Shown: in pieces, positions 10,464 to 19,505 of the stretch
How positions within the stretch are numbered: position 1 is the first letter of the stretch
Layout: each line of letters begins with the position of its first letter
From: Paludibacteraceae bacterium
Lineage (GTDB): Bacteria; Bacteroidota; Bacteroidia; Bacteroidales; Paludibacteraceae
Direction of reading: 5' to 3'
DNA: 64,000 nucleotides
Assembly: GCA_045600985.1 (NCBI GenBank)
Contig: JAZRYY010000037.1
Coordinates: 23,031-87,030 of the forward strand
The notes under the pieces: model-generated
What the model saw: only the letters and a program-made list of their open reading frames with translations
What the model was told of the DNA's origin: nothing
Database searches by the model: none
Translations under genes and position numbers: made by a program

Positions 10464-12791
10464 ATGAAACACATTTTTAGAATAGCATTTGTTGCATTCT
10501 CATTGCTCATTGCTCATTGCTCAATTATTCCTGTTTCCGCCATCAATCTTGAGGGCGTAGATTATCGTATCGATACCATTCAGGCTTTTCAGGCCGGACC
10601 TGGCACCGATTATTTGCAGTTGCGCATGCTTCGCAATGCTGCCAACGATGGAAGATTGGATGTGTATATCTTGCGAGCTGCCACGCAAAATCCTTATCTG
10701 CAGTTCGCACATGAATTGGGTACAGGAAAAGTAATCGGCACGGAACGCCCTACGGCAATTGCTGCTCGAAAAACCACACCTACCAATATCTATTTTGCAG
10801 GAACAAATGGTTCCTTCTTCGCTACCAGTGGCGACATTGGTAAGCCGTCAGGTCTCACCGTCTCTAAAGGTCAGATCTGCTCAAATGAAAGTTCGCAAAA
10901 ATCATATCCTGTTGCGGGCTTTGATGAAAATAAATTCGCAAAATTCGGTAATGCATGGAGCTTCACGGGACGCGTGTATCGCGGCACCGACACACTCTCT
11001 ATTGCACACGTCAATTATAAACGTAATGAGAACGAACTCGTTCTCTATAATCAATACAACGCGGCCTCCACACTCACCAATGCCTATGGCACGGAACTTC
11101 TTATCTCTCTTAAAGAAGGCTATGCATGGTCAACCAATGGCAAGGTAAAAGCCACTGTCATTCGCAAGGAAGTGAATATCGGCAATATGGCTATTCCTGC
11201 CGGTCAGGCCGTCCTTTCTGGGCACGGCACTTCGGCTGCCGCACTCAACACCTTCAACGAAGGCGAAGAAATAGAAATCTATCTATCTCTCAAGCTGGAT
11301 GGCACCAAATATAGTCTTTCTGAGGCTGCTTCCGGCTCGGGTGGTGGGCACTATCAAATAATCAGCAACGGCGTTGTTCGCGATCCTGACATCTGGGCAG
11401 AGCGCCATCCACGTACGGCTATGGGTGCTACGCAAAATGGCGATACCGCTATCTTCTGCGTAGTGGACGGGCGTGGTAGTTCAATTGGCTGCACTTGCAA
11501 AACCCTCGCCCAGATTATGCACTATTATGGCGCCTACAATGCCGTCAATTGGGATGGCGGTGGCAGTTCTTGCATGTATGTTCGTCATTTCGGCCAAATG
11601 AACACGGGCTCCGATGGTAGTGAACGAGCTTGCGGCAACTCCATGTTCGTCGTAGCGCAAGTGCCAACAGATGATCAAACCATTGCTTCTATCGCGCCAT
11701 ATTGGCCTAAATATAAGCTCCCTCGCTATGGTGCGTATGCTCCTAAATTCTTTGGATATAATCAGTATGGCGTACTCGTTGATCCTGATGTCCAGGGTGT
11801 TAAATTGTCATGTGCCGATGCTGTTGGCTATGTCATTAGCGATACGCTTTTCGTGGCAAGCGGAGCAAATGGAGGCGAATTGAAAGCTCAATTGGGTACT
11901 GCTGAAACCACGATTCAAATCCAGTTAATCCAATCTGCCAGCGTGCATTTCCGTCTTGATTCTGTGATGGTGAGTCACGATAAAACATATCAGGTGGAAG
12001 TGCAAAGCCGTATTGGCATCAGCACCCTGTCGGTCCTTCCTGAAGCCCTTACGTGGCAGTCTCTCGATCCTTCCGTTTGTGAAGTGTCAGAAGCTGGCGT
12101 TATTCAGGGCATCTCCAATGGCATCACCTCTATAGTTGGCTCGCTCGGCGAATTTTCAGATACTCTTCAGGTGCGTGTGGCACTTCCTCAAATGCGCGAC
12201 TCCATTTGGGATGAAGGTACTGCCAGCCGCTGGACCCTATCCGCATCTTCTGGATATAATCCTGCATGGCGAGTAGACGATGCTGGCGTGTTTGTGGATT
12301 TCTCTTATAAAACGGCCCGTGGCCCGTTCCTCACTATGACGCACGAGGCTGAACCCATCTTCGCATTACCCGATACCATTCGCATCCCTTTGAAAACGTC
12401 GGCACAAATAGCTAAAGTAACGCTCAGTATGCGTGCCAATAATTCGTCGGCTTCGCAGGCAATGCAGTTCTTTGTCGATGGTATGCCAAAAGACGAGTGG
12501 TGCGAAATGGTGGTGCCAGTCGCTCAGGAGTTCTCTTCTGATATGGCCATCTATCCGCTTTGGCTGGAATATATCAAATATTGGTTCGATACCAAAACCC
12601 CAGCTGCCGACCATTATGTGCAGTTCGGCGGAGTACATCTCATCTGTAATGAATTTCAGCTGTCTGGCCTTGAGGATATCACGACTCTTGAGCGAGACCT
12701 GAGCGAGACCTCAAAGCTCCTCCAGGATGGCCAGATCGTCATCATTCGAAATGGCCACACCTACAACGTGCTCGGTCAACACATCCAATAA
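10464..12791 (+). CDS. Phosphodiester glycosidase family (DUF2233/NAGPA-like) protein with Ig-like domain and sorting tail
   Basis: Signal peptide. AVNWDGGGSSCMY block characteristic of the family. Colinear similarity to the next gene. Tail QDGQIVIIRNGHTYNVLGQHIQ. Confidence 0.65.
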   Translation: MKHIFRIAFVAFSLLIAHCSIIPVSAINLEGVDYRIDTIQAFQAGPGTDYLQLRMLRNAANDGRLDVYILRAATQNPYLQFAHELGTGKVIGTERPTAIAARKTTPTNIYFAGTNGSFFATSGDIGKPSGLTVSKGQICSNESSQKSYPVAGFDENKFAKFGNAWSFTGRVYRGTDTLSIAHVNYKRNENELVLYNQYNAASTLTNAYGTELLISLKEGYAWSTNGKVKATVIRKEVNIGNMAIPAGQAVLSGHGTSAAALNTFNEGEEIEIYLSLKLDGTKYSLSEAASGSGGGHYQIISNGVVRDPDIWAERHPRTAMGATQNGDTAIFCVVDGRGSSIGCTCKTLAQIMHYYGAYNAVNWDGGGSSCMYVRHFGQMNTGSDGSERACGNSMFVVAQVPTDDQTIASIAPYWPKYKLPRYGAYAPKFFGYNQYGVLVDPDVQGVKLSCADAVGYVISDTLFVASGANGGELKAQLGTAETTIQIQLIQSASVHFRLDSVMVSHDKTYQVEVQSRIGISTLSVLPEALTWQSLDPSVCEVSEAGVIQGISNGITSIVGSLGEFSDTLQVRVALPQMRDSIWDEGTASRWTLSASSGYNPAWRVDDAGVFVDFSYKTARGPFLTMTHEAEPIFALPDTIRIPLKTSAQIAKVTLSMRANNSSASQAMQFFVDGMPKDEWCEMVVPVAQEFSSDMAIYPLWLEYIKYWFDTKTPAADHYVQFGGVHLICNEFQLSGLEDITTLERDLSETSKLLQDGQIVIIRNGHTYNVLGQHIQ
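12690..12711 (+). repeat. In-frame tandem repeat gagcgagacct x2 inside the CDS (peptide ERDLSETS)
   Basis: Two exact 11-bp units, in codon phase 1 of the 10464-12791 ORF, just upstream of the C-terminal tail. Confidence 0.85.
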
Positions 12792-12858
12792 TATACACAC
12801 CTATTAAGATAATATACACCTTATTTATATATAGGGAACATATACGCCTAAAAATATC

Positions 12859-15273
12859 ATGAAGAGATTAGTTCTTCCCATCTTAACCCTCCTCTTATCC
12901 GTAATCGTTCAGGCATCCACTATTGATATTAACGGTACTGCCTATCCGGTTGATACGCTCGCGTGCTATCAGGTTGGTCCTGGCACTACCTATACGCGCT
13001 TCAATGTTACGATTGGCTCTACTGCTCATCATTTGTATCTCTATACGGTAGACCTCACCAATCCATACATCAAGGTGGAAGAGGCACATGGAGATAAGTT
13101 GGGCAATACCAAACTCATGACCAAAATGTATCAGGACATGGATTCTGCGGGCCATCGTCCTATCGGTTCTGTCAACTGCAATTTCTGGGTGGTGGCTTCG
13201 CAGGCAGCTGTCGGTTCTGCATGGGAAGGTTGGTTGGGCCAATCGTTTGCCGGCACGGCGAAAGATGGATTCCTCGTTACGGAACCAATGGATTGGAATG
13301 AAGGACACGGCGATCGCGGCTACGTCATGATTGATGATCTCAATCGTGCTCTGATTCGCAATATGTACTTCAGCGGGCGTCTTATCAAAGGTTCACACTC
13401 TCGCAAGATTAAGGATGTGAATAGACCAAGTGTTACGCCATCCGCCAATGAGGTCTGTCTCTTCAATCGTCATATTGGCACCACGCGCGCTATTGCCGAC
13501 ACCGTGGAGGAATATATCTTTGAACCGGTCGCTGGTCAGGCTTGGAGCATCAACGACACCATGACCTGCGTCATCCGCTCAAAAAACACTACGGGACGAA
13601 CCACTCTTTCTGGCAATCAGGGTGCACTTCAATGTCGCGGCACGGGTAAAACATTCATGACCAATTATATCGCTGTGGGCGATACCTTCCAAATCAAATT
13701 GGGTATGTATTCCGCTCCATCATCTGCTTCTCGCAATGCGGGCGAACTCTCCAGTGCCGACTCTATTGCTCCGCACGTTCAGCAGATGGTAACGGGCAAT
13801 TGCCTCGTCATGGCTAATGGCGTACTCACGCATCGCAACACCAATGAGGGCTATAATAATCAGAATTATCCCCGCACCATGCTTGCCACGAATAATGATG
13901 GCACTCGCTTCTGGATGCTCGTCAGCGAAAAACCGGGCAACTTCACAGCAGAGATGTGCGGCATACTCAAGAATGATGGCGCCACTTGGGCTGCCGGTAT
14001 GGATGGTGGCGGTAGTGCGCAGTTCAATCTCTTTGGCTCTATTCTCAATCCAACCACGGAAGCAACGCCGCGTGCCGTAGCGAATGCCATGTTCCTGGTA
14101 AGTACAGCTCCGGATGATAATGTTGTTACCCGTTTGGAAAATAAAGCAAAAGGCGATATCACCATGCAGGCCTATACGGCTTTCGTGCCTTCCTTGCGCG
14201 CGTATAATCAATATGGAAATATAGTAGCAGATGGCTTCGAGTATACCATGTCGGTATCTCCTGCCACGCTTGGCTCTTTCAGCGAAGATGGCCGTACGTT
14301 TGTTGCTGGCGCTATGCCTGGTACGGGTGTTCTTTCCATCACAGCTGGTTCTGCTTCTTTGGATATCACGATCGCGGTAGAGAGTGGCGAATGGCAGATG
14401 CGACTCGATTCTGTAGTGGTGGATCATCGTCCGTACACGCTCGAAGTCCTCACCAAAGATGCGAATCCCTCTCCAGTTCCGGCTGATGTACTTACCTGGA
14501 CCTCTGCCGATGAGTCAATAGCCGTTGTGGAAGATGGGGTGGTGCGCGGTATACGGAATGGTCGCACGCTCCTCACTGGCACCATAGGAGAAAAACAACT
14601 CACCCAAATCGTTGACGTCCAAATCGCCAATGCTCCTGTGATGAATTGGGGATGGGACTCTTATTTCAAGATTACTGGAGTGGATGGCTCAAAAGGATTT
14701 AATCCCGAATGCCTCATGGCTCTTTGTGAATCAGTTGATCCAGATCGTGATATGGCGCTCATTATGAACTTTACGTATGCCACTACCCGTGCTGCGTATG
14801 TCAGCTTCCTCTTGGATGCGCAATCCTACGGCTTGCCCGATTCATTGGTAGTGCGTCTCTATCCAACTTTCTCAGTAAAGAATTTTAATGTATACGGCCA
14901 TGCCAATAATGATAGCAAGGAAACGATGATCACGTTGCCGGGCTGTGAGGAAAATAACTACTGTCGTTTGGCCGTCTCTCCTGCGCAATGGGGGGTAGAT
15001 GTAAGTGATCGTGCAATCTATCCTTTCCATATCACGGGCATCAAGTTGGTGATTGATAAGGCCACGGCTGGTGAACAGTCGGTTAGTCTTGCTAATCCGG
15101 AATGCATCTATGGTGCATGGCGCAAACCAGAAGATAACGATTTGGAAAACGTCTCGCCTCTCACCTCTGGCTCGCAAAACGGTCTTTCTCCTGTTAAAAC
15201 CCTCCGTCATGGTCAACTGATTATTCGGATTGGCGATAAGCAATACAATGCATTAGGGCAAATAATAAAATAA
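12859..15273 (+). CDS. Phosphodiester glycosidase family (DUF2233/NAGPA-like) paralog with sorting tail
   Basis: Signal peptide. AAGMDGGGSAQF block. N-terminal YQVGPGTTYTRF parallels FQAGPGTDYLQL in the previous gene. Tail RHGQLIIRIGDKQYNALGQIIK. Confidence 0.65.
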   Translation: MKRLVLPILTLLLSVIVQASTIDINGTAYPVDTLACYQVGPGTTYTRFNVTIGSTAHHLYLYTVDLTNPYIKVEEAHGDKLGNTKLMTKMYQDMDSAGHRPIGSVNCNFWVVASQAAVGSAWEGWLGQSFAGTAKDGFLVTEPMDWNEGHGDRGYVMIDDLNRALIRNMYFSGRLIKGSHSRKIKDVNRPSVTPSANEVCLFNRHIGTTRAIADTVEEYIFEPVAGQAWSINDTMTCVIRSKNTTGRTTLSGNQGALQCRGTGKTFMTNYIAVGDTFQIKLGMYSAPSSASRNAGELSSADSIAPHVQQMVTGNCLVMANGVLTHRNTNEGYNNQNYPRTMLATNNDGTRFWMLVSEKPGNFTAEMCGILKNDGATWAAGMDGGGSAQFNLFGSILNPTTEATPRAVANAMFLVSTAPDDNVVTRLENKAKGDITMQAYTAFVPSLRAYNQYGNIVADGFEYTMSVSPATLGSFSEDGRTFVAGAMPGTGVLSITAGSASLDITIAVESGEWQMRLDSVVVDHRPYTLEVLTKDANPSPVPADVLTWTSADESIAVVEDGVVRGIRNGRTLLTGTIGEKQLTQIVDVQIANAPVMNWGWDSYFKITGVDGSKGFNPECLMALCESVDPDRDMALIMNFTYATTRAAYVSFLLDAQSYGLPDSLVVRLYPTFSVKNFNVYGHANNDSKETMITLPGCEENNYCRLAVSPAQWGVDVSDRAIYPFHITGIKLVIDKATAGEQSVSLANPECIYGAWRKPEDNDLENVSPLTSGSQNGLSPVKTLRHGQLIIRIGDKQYNALGQIIK

Positions 15274-15279
15274 AATAGT

Positions 15280-18200
15280 ATGAAACACACAATCTCTTTA
15301 CTCGTGGCTGTAATGATGGTAGCTACCATGGCAGCCCAACCAATTCGAGTGTTGTCGAATCAGAAACTGGGCGAAGGTTTTTCTCCTCGTTTCTCAGCTG
15401 ATGGCACGACGATTGAGTATCTCGAAAGCGAAACAGAGCAGTATGCTGCAGTTGCAGATGCTGCACTTTCAGTATCAAATCAGGATCTTAAACTCTTGCT
15501 CATTCGCAATGGTCAAACCATTCAACTCACCCCTGCCGGTGATGTGGCTTATGTATGGTCAACCCTTTCTCCTGATCAGTCAAAGATTGTTTACACCACC
15601 AAGTTTGGTACGGCTGTCTGCGATTTGAATGGCCGTGAACTCATCAATCTGGGCCATCTTAATGCGCCACAATGGATGGGCAACGATCATATCGTAGGTA
15701 TGTATGAGGAAAGCGATGGCCACTACTATACGGCTGCGGCTATTGCTATCCGTTCTATTGATGGCACGCTTGATCAGGTACTTACGGATAAAGCCGAAAT
15801 GGGTATGTATCCTGCTGTACATGCGGCTACGGGTCGTATTGCTTACGAAACGCTCAATGGCGATATTCGTATGCTCCAAACCAACCTCACCGAGCAGCCT
15901 GTTCTGTCCACGTTGCCAATGCTGAAGAAAGCTCCTCAACGTGCTATTCGTCGCATGGCTTCTGCCACCGTTACTCCTGGCACGCTGCAGCCAAATCAGG
16001 TGCGTATTTATATCAATCCTGGTCATGGTGGCTACACGGGTAACGACCGCGGTATGTACATCTATCCATTTGAGCGCGGCTCTCGTGAGCAGTTCTGGGA
16101 GAGTAAATCCAATCTGCAGAAGGGACTTATCCTTCGTGATATCCTTCGTGATCTTGGCTATAATGTGCAAATGAGCCGTGCTGATGTGCCTGTTGAACCT
16201 CGCACCAATGCCAACTATTATACGGTTTCTACCGAGAATAACCCAGAGGAAGACGATCTCGATCTCTCTGTGATTGTGGCGCAGGCCAATACTTATGATG
16301 CACATTTCATGCTCTCTATCCATTCCAATGCCGGTGGCCCATCCAATTATGCGTTGATGCTCTATTCCGGTAAGGATGCCAATGATACGCATTCATATGC
16401 AGATTATAATTTGAAGGATAATGAAAGTCGTGCGGTCTCTACTCTTATAGGCCGCAATATCATGTCCAATCAAAATGCCACATGGGGTCCTCGTACCGAA
16501 CCTTGGGTGATTGGCGATAAGACGTTCGCTCGTACTATCATGGGATGGAGCAATGGCTATGGCGTACTTCGCTATTTGCGCGTTCCTGGCCTTATTTCTG
16601 AGGGTCGTATGCACGATTATTATCCAGAAACCTATCGTATGATGAATATGGATTATCAGCGCGATGAGGCTTGGGCATTCGCAAGAGCATTTAATGAGTA
16701 CTTCTGCAATTTGGAGTTTGATTACGGCGCTATTGCCGGACAGGTTCGCGATTGGTATAAGAACTGGGAATTTCCGGATATCGCCAAGCGTTCCGGCTCA
16801 CGCGATACGAAGCAGCCTATCATGGGCGCTATGGTGGAATTGCTCCAGAATGGCACGCCTGTTGATACCACTTATACCGATGATATTTATAATGGTGTAT
16901 TCTATTTCTGGAATCGTACTCCGGGTGAATATTCTGTTCGCGTAACGGCTGAACATTATTATCCAATGGAGAAGAACTATACGGTAGTTGCCAATCAGGT
17001 TTCATATAACGATTTCATGCTCAATCAAAAGCGTGAGACGCGTCCTGAAGTGGTATCTTATTTCCCACATCCTGCTGCGATCACGGATAGTGTGGACGTT
17101 GCTACCACCATCGCCTTGAGTTTCAATTGGGATATGTGGGAAGAAAAAACCACGCCTGCATTCTCTATCTCGCCAGCCGTGGCAGGTACTGTTACGTATG
17201 AGGATTCGCATCGCACCCTACGCTTCACGCCTGCACATGCATTTGAGAAAGGTACGGAGTATACCGTAACGTTAGCTGCTTCTGCTGCCCATCCGGATAC
17301 TACCTTCGCCAATACCATGGCAGCTGATTTCTCATTCAAGTTCCGCACCAAGAATCGTGATGCCATCCGCATCAAGATGCAATATCCGGAAGCTGATGCA
17401 GTTGATGTGCCTTTGAATCCTTCTTTCCTATTCATTCTTGATGAAGAAATCACGTCAACGTCTGCACGTAATGCCTTCACCCTTAAGGATGCTGCTGGCA
17501 ATACCGTTGCGCTCAATACGCGTTCAATGGCTTGCAATAAGTTGGCTTCGCCATTTGGTTCGATCACATTCGAAACTACCAATGCTTTGGCTGCCAACAC
17601 CACTTATACGCTTACCATGTCGAAGAATCTGCAGGATAAGATTGGCGTTTATCTCAATCAGGATGTAGCAATTTCCTTTACGACGCAGGCTGAAGAAGTC
17701 GTGACCTTGCCAATGGTGGATAAATTGGATACGTTGCAGTTCGTATTTGATGCTGATAAGTCTGTGTTCGTAAGCAATGGCTCTACTTTGAAGAATACCA
17801 ATAAGAAGTATTCTGGCACGGCTTCCAACGAATTATCGTATACGTTTGGCGAAGCAAGCAGCGATGCTGTGGCATATTTCTCTATGAAGAATCCTATGCT
17901 CGTTCAGGCTACGGCTAACGACACGGTGGGCATGTACGTCTTCTCTGATCTCTGCCAGAACGAGGTAGAACTTGTATGGAATTCAGAAGGCGACGTGAAG
18001 TATACTCCGCTCTGTACGCTTGATTATGGCGGCTGGAAATGGCAGACGGCAGATATGTCGGAATTGCCAGCTGGTGTTACCTACCAATTGATGGCTATCC
18101 GCGTAAAGCGTGGCACGTCCATCCTTTCGGGCTCAGGCAAGGTGTACATCAACGACCTTAGCTTCAAGGCTGGCATCATTACGGCAGTAGAAGATATTCA

Positions 18201-18297
18201 GATTGATACTCAGGCGAAGAAGATGATTGAAGATAATCAGGTAGTCATCATTCGCAATGGTATTCGCTATAATGCACTTGGCCAGGTAATTGAATAA
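15280..18297 (+). CDS. Multidomain N-acetylmuramoyl-L-alanine amidase (Amidase_3) with propeller-like N-terminus, Ig-like repeats and sorting tail
   Basis: IYINPGHGGYTGNDRG and LSIHSNAGG zinc-amidase motifs. Carboxypeptidase-regulatory-like segment GEYSVRVTAEHYYP. Tail EDNQVVIIRNGIRYNALGQVIE. Confidence 0.7.
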   Translation: MKHTISLLVAVMMVATMAAQPIRVLSNQKLGEGFSPRFSADGTTIEYLESETEQYAAVADAALSVSNQDLKLLLIRNGQTIQLTPAGDVAYVWSTLSPDQSKIVYTTKFGTAVCDLNGRELINLGHLNAPQWMGNDHIVGMYEESDGHYYTAAAIAIRSIDGTLDQVLTDKAEMGMYPAVHAATGRIAYETLNGDIRMLQTNLTEQPVLSTLPMLKKAPQRAIRRMASATVTPGTLQPNQVRIYINPGHGGYTGNDRGMYIYPFERGSREQFWESKSNLQKGLILRDILRDLGYNVQMSRADVPVEPRTNANYYTVSTENNPEEDDLDLSVIVAQANTYDAHFMLSIHSNAGGPSNYALMLYSGKDANDTHSYADYNLKDNESRAVSTLIGRNIMSNQNATWGPRTEPWVIGDKTFARTIMGWSNGYGVLRYLRVPGLISEGRMHDYYPETYRMMNMDYQRDEAWAFARAFNEYFCNLEFDYGAIAGQVRDWYKNWEFPDIAKRSGSRDTKQPIMGAMVELLQNGTPVDTTYTDDIYNGVFYFWNRTPGEYSVRVTAEHYYPMEKNYTVVANQVSYNDFMLNQKRETRPEVVSYFPHPAAITDSVDVATTIALSFNWDMWEEKTTPAFSISPAVAGTVTYEDSHRTLRFTPAHAFEKGTEYTVTLAASAAHPDTTFANTMAADFSFKFRTKNRDAIRIKMQYPEADAVDVPLNPSFLFILDEEITSTSARNAFTLKDAAGNTVALNTRSMACNKLASPFGSITFETTNALAANTTYTLTMSKNLQDKIGVYLNQDVAISFTTQAEEVVTLPMVDKLDTLQFVFDADKSVFVSNGSTLKNTNKKYSGTASNELSYTFGEASSDAVAYFSMKNPMLVQATANDTVGMYVFSDLCQNEVELVWNSEGDVKYTPLCTLDYGGWKWQTADMSELPAGVTYQLMAIRVKRGTSILSGSGKVYINDLSFKAGIITAVEDIQIDTQAKKMIEDNQVVIIRNGIRYNALGQVIE

Positions 18298-19475
18298 TGA
18301 AAAGATATTATCTGCTATTGGCTATTAGCTATGTGCTATCAGCCTTCTGCAATTCCACTATCGCATATGCCGACGATAAGCCGGCTATGCGATATGTGGA
18401 TGCGCTGAACTTCCGCATGATCAACCATGCCTATGAAGGCGAAACATGGTCGCCTTATACGCGTTTTCCCTCTTTTCTGCAGGATTCTGTTTCTGCTGAT
18501 TTGTGGGCGCGTGCCAAGAATTCGGCAGGCATAGGCATTCGTTTCCGCACCAATTCCACGCGAATAGGCGTGCGCTATAATCTCCATTCCAATTTCCATA
18601 TGGCACATATGGCCGATACGGGAATCAAAGGAACCGATCTATATATTCTTATGAGCGATACGGTGCCTGTCGGTAAATCTGGCAAACATGGCAAAAGTGG
18701 CAAGCAGGCATATAAAGTGGTGGAGAAATGGCAGTATGTGAACACCAATCGCCCTACCAAAGATTCCATTCAGCAGAAAATCTATGTGGAGAATATGGAT
18801 GGCAGCATGCATGAATGCATGATTTATCTGCCGCTCTATGATGGCATCAATTGGCTTGAGATTGGCGTGGATTCAGCCTCCGTATTGGAGCAACCGGCTG
18901 TGGATAATCCTCGCCACAATAAAGTAATCGTGGGCTATGGCACCAGCATTCTGCATGGCGGTTGTGCAAGCCGTACGGGCATGGTGGCCACGAGCATGAT
19001 GCAACGTGATTTAAATGTGGAGTTCGTGAATTGGGGAACGTCAGGCGAAGGCAAAATGGTGTATCCCGTGGCTCGTGCCATGACGGCCATTCCCAATGTG
19101 ATAGCCTACGTAATCGACCCTGTGCCTAACTGCACGCAGATGATGTGCGATACGCTCACCTATGATTTTATCAAAATTATCCGTGATGCACGTCCTGAAG
19201 TGCCAATCATCATGGTGGAAGGACCCATGTATCCGTATGCCAAGTGGGATTCGTTCTTCAAGAAATATCTGCCTGCCAAGAATGAGGCGTTCCGCAAAAA
19301 CTATGATCGCCTGAAGACAGAAGATCCCAAAAATCTCTACTATGTCACCTGTGAAGGTCTTACGGGATTGGACGAAGAGGGCACGGTGGATGGCATCCAC
19401 CTGACCGATTTGGGCTTCCGTGCGTATGCAGATAAATTGGAAACCGTTCTTCGCGAAATAATTAAGGATTTATAA
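18297..19475 (+). CDS. SGNH/GDSL-type hydrolase (esterase)
   Basis: Block I-like VGYGTSILHGGCASR and block V DGIHLTDLG. Signal peptide. The start overlaps the upstream stop (TAATG). Confidence 0.6.
   Translation: MKRYYLLLAISYVLSAFCNSTIAYADDKPAMRYVDALNFRMINHAYEGETWSPYTRFPSFLQDSVSADLWARAKNSAGIGIRFRTNSTRIGVRYNLHSNFHMAHMADTGIKGTDLYILMSDTVPVGKSGKHGKSGKQAYKVVEKWQYVNTNRPTKDSIQQKIYVENMDGSMHECMIYLPLYDGINWLEIGVDSASVLEQPAVDNPRHNKVIVGYGTSILHGGCASRTGMVATSMMQRDLNVEFVNWGTSGEGKMVYPVARAMTAIPNVIAYVIDPVPNCTQMMCDTLTYDFIKIIRDARPEVPIIMVEGPMYPYAKWDSFFKKYLPAKNEAFRKNYDRLKTEDPKNLYYVTCEGLTGLDEEGTVDGIHLTDLGFRAYADKLETVLREIIKDL
18672..18708 (+). repeat. In-frame stutter repeat (tggcaaa-type units) giving GKSGKHGKSGKQ
   Basis: Reads ggtaaatctggcaaacatggcaaaagtggcaagcag inside the SGNH hydrolase CDS. 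Confidence 0.6.
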
Positions 19476-19505
19476 AGAATTTTTGAACGTTCCGACGTCC
19501 CAAGA

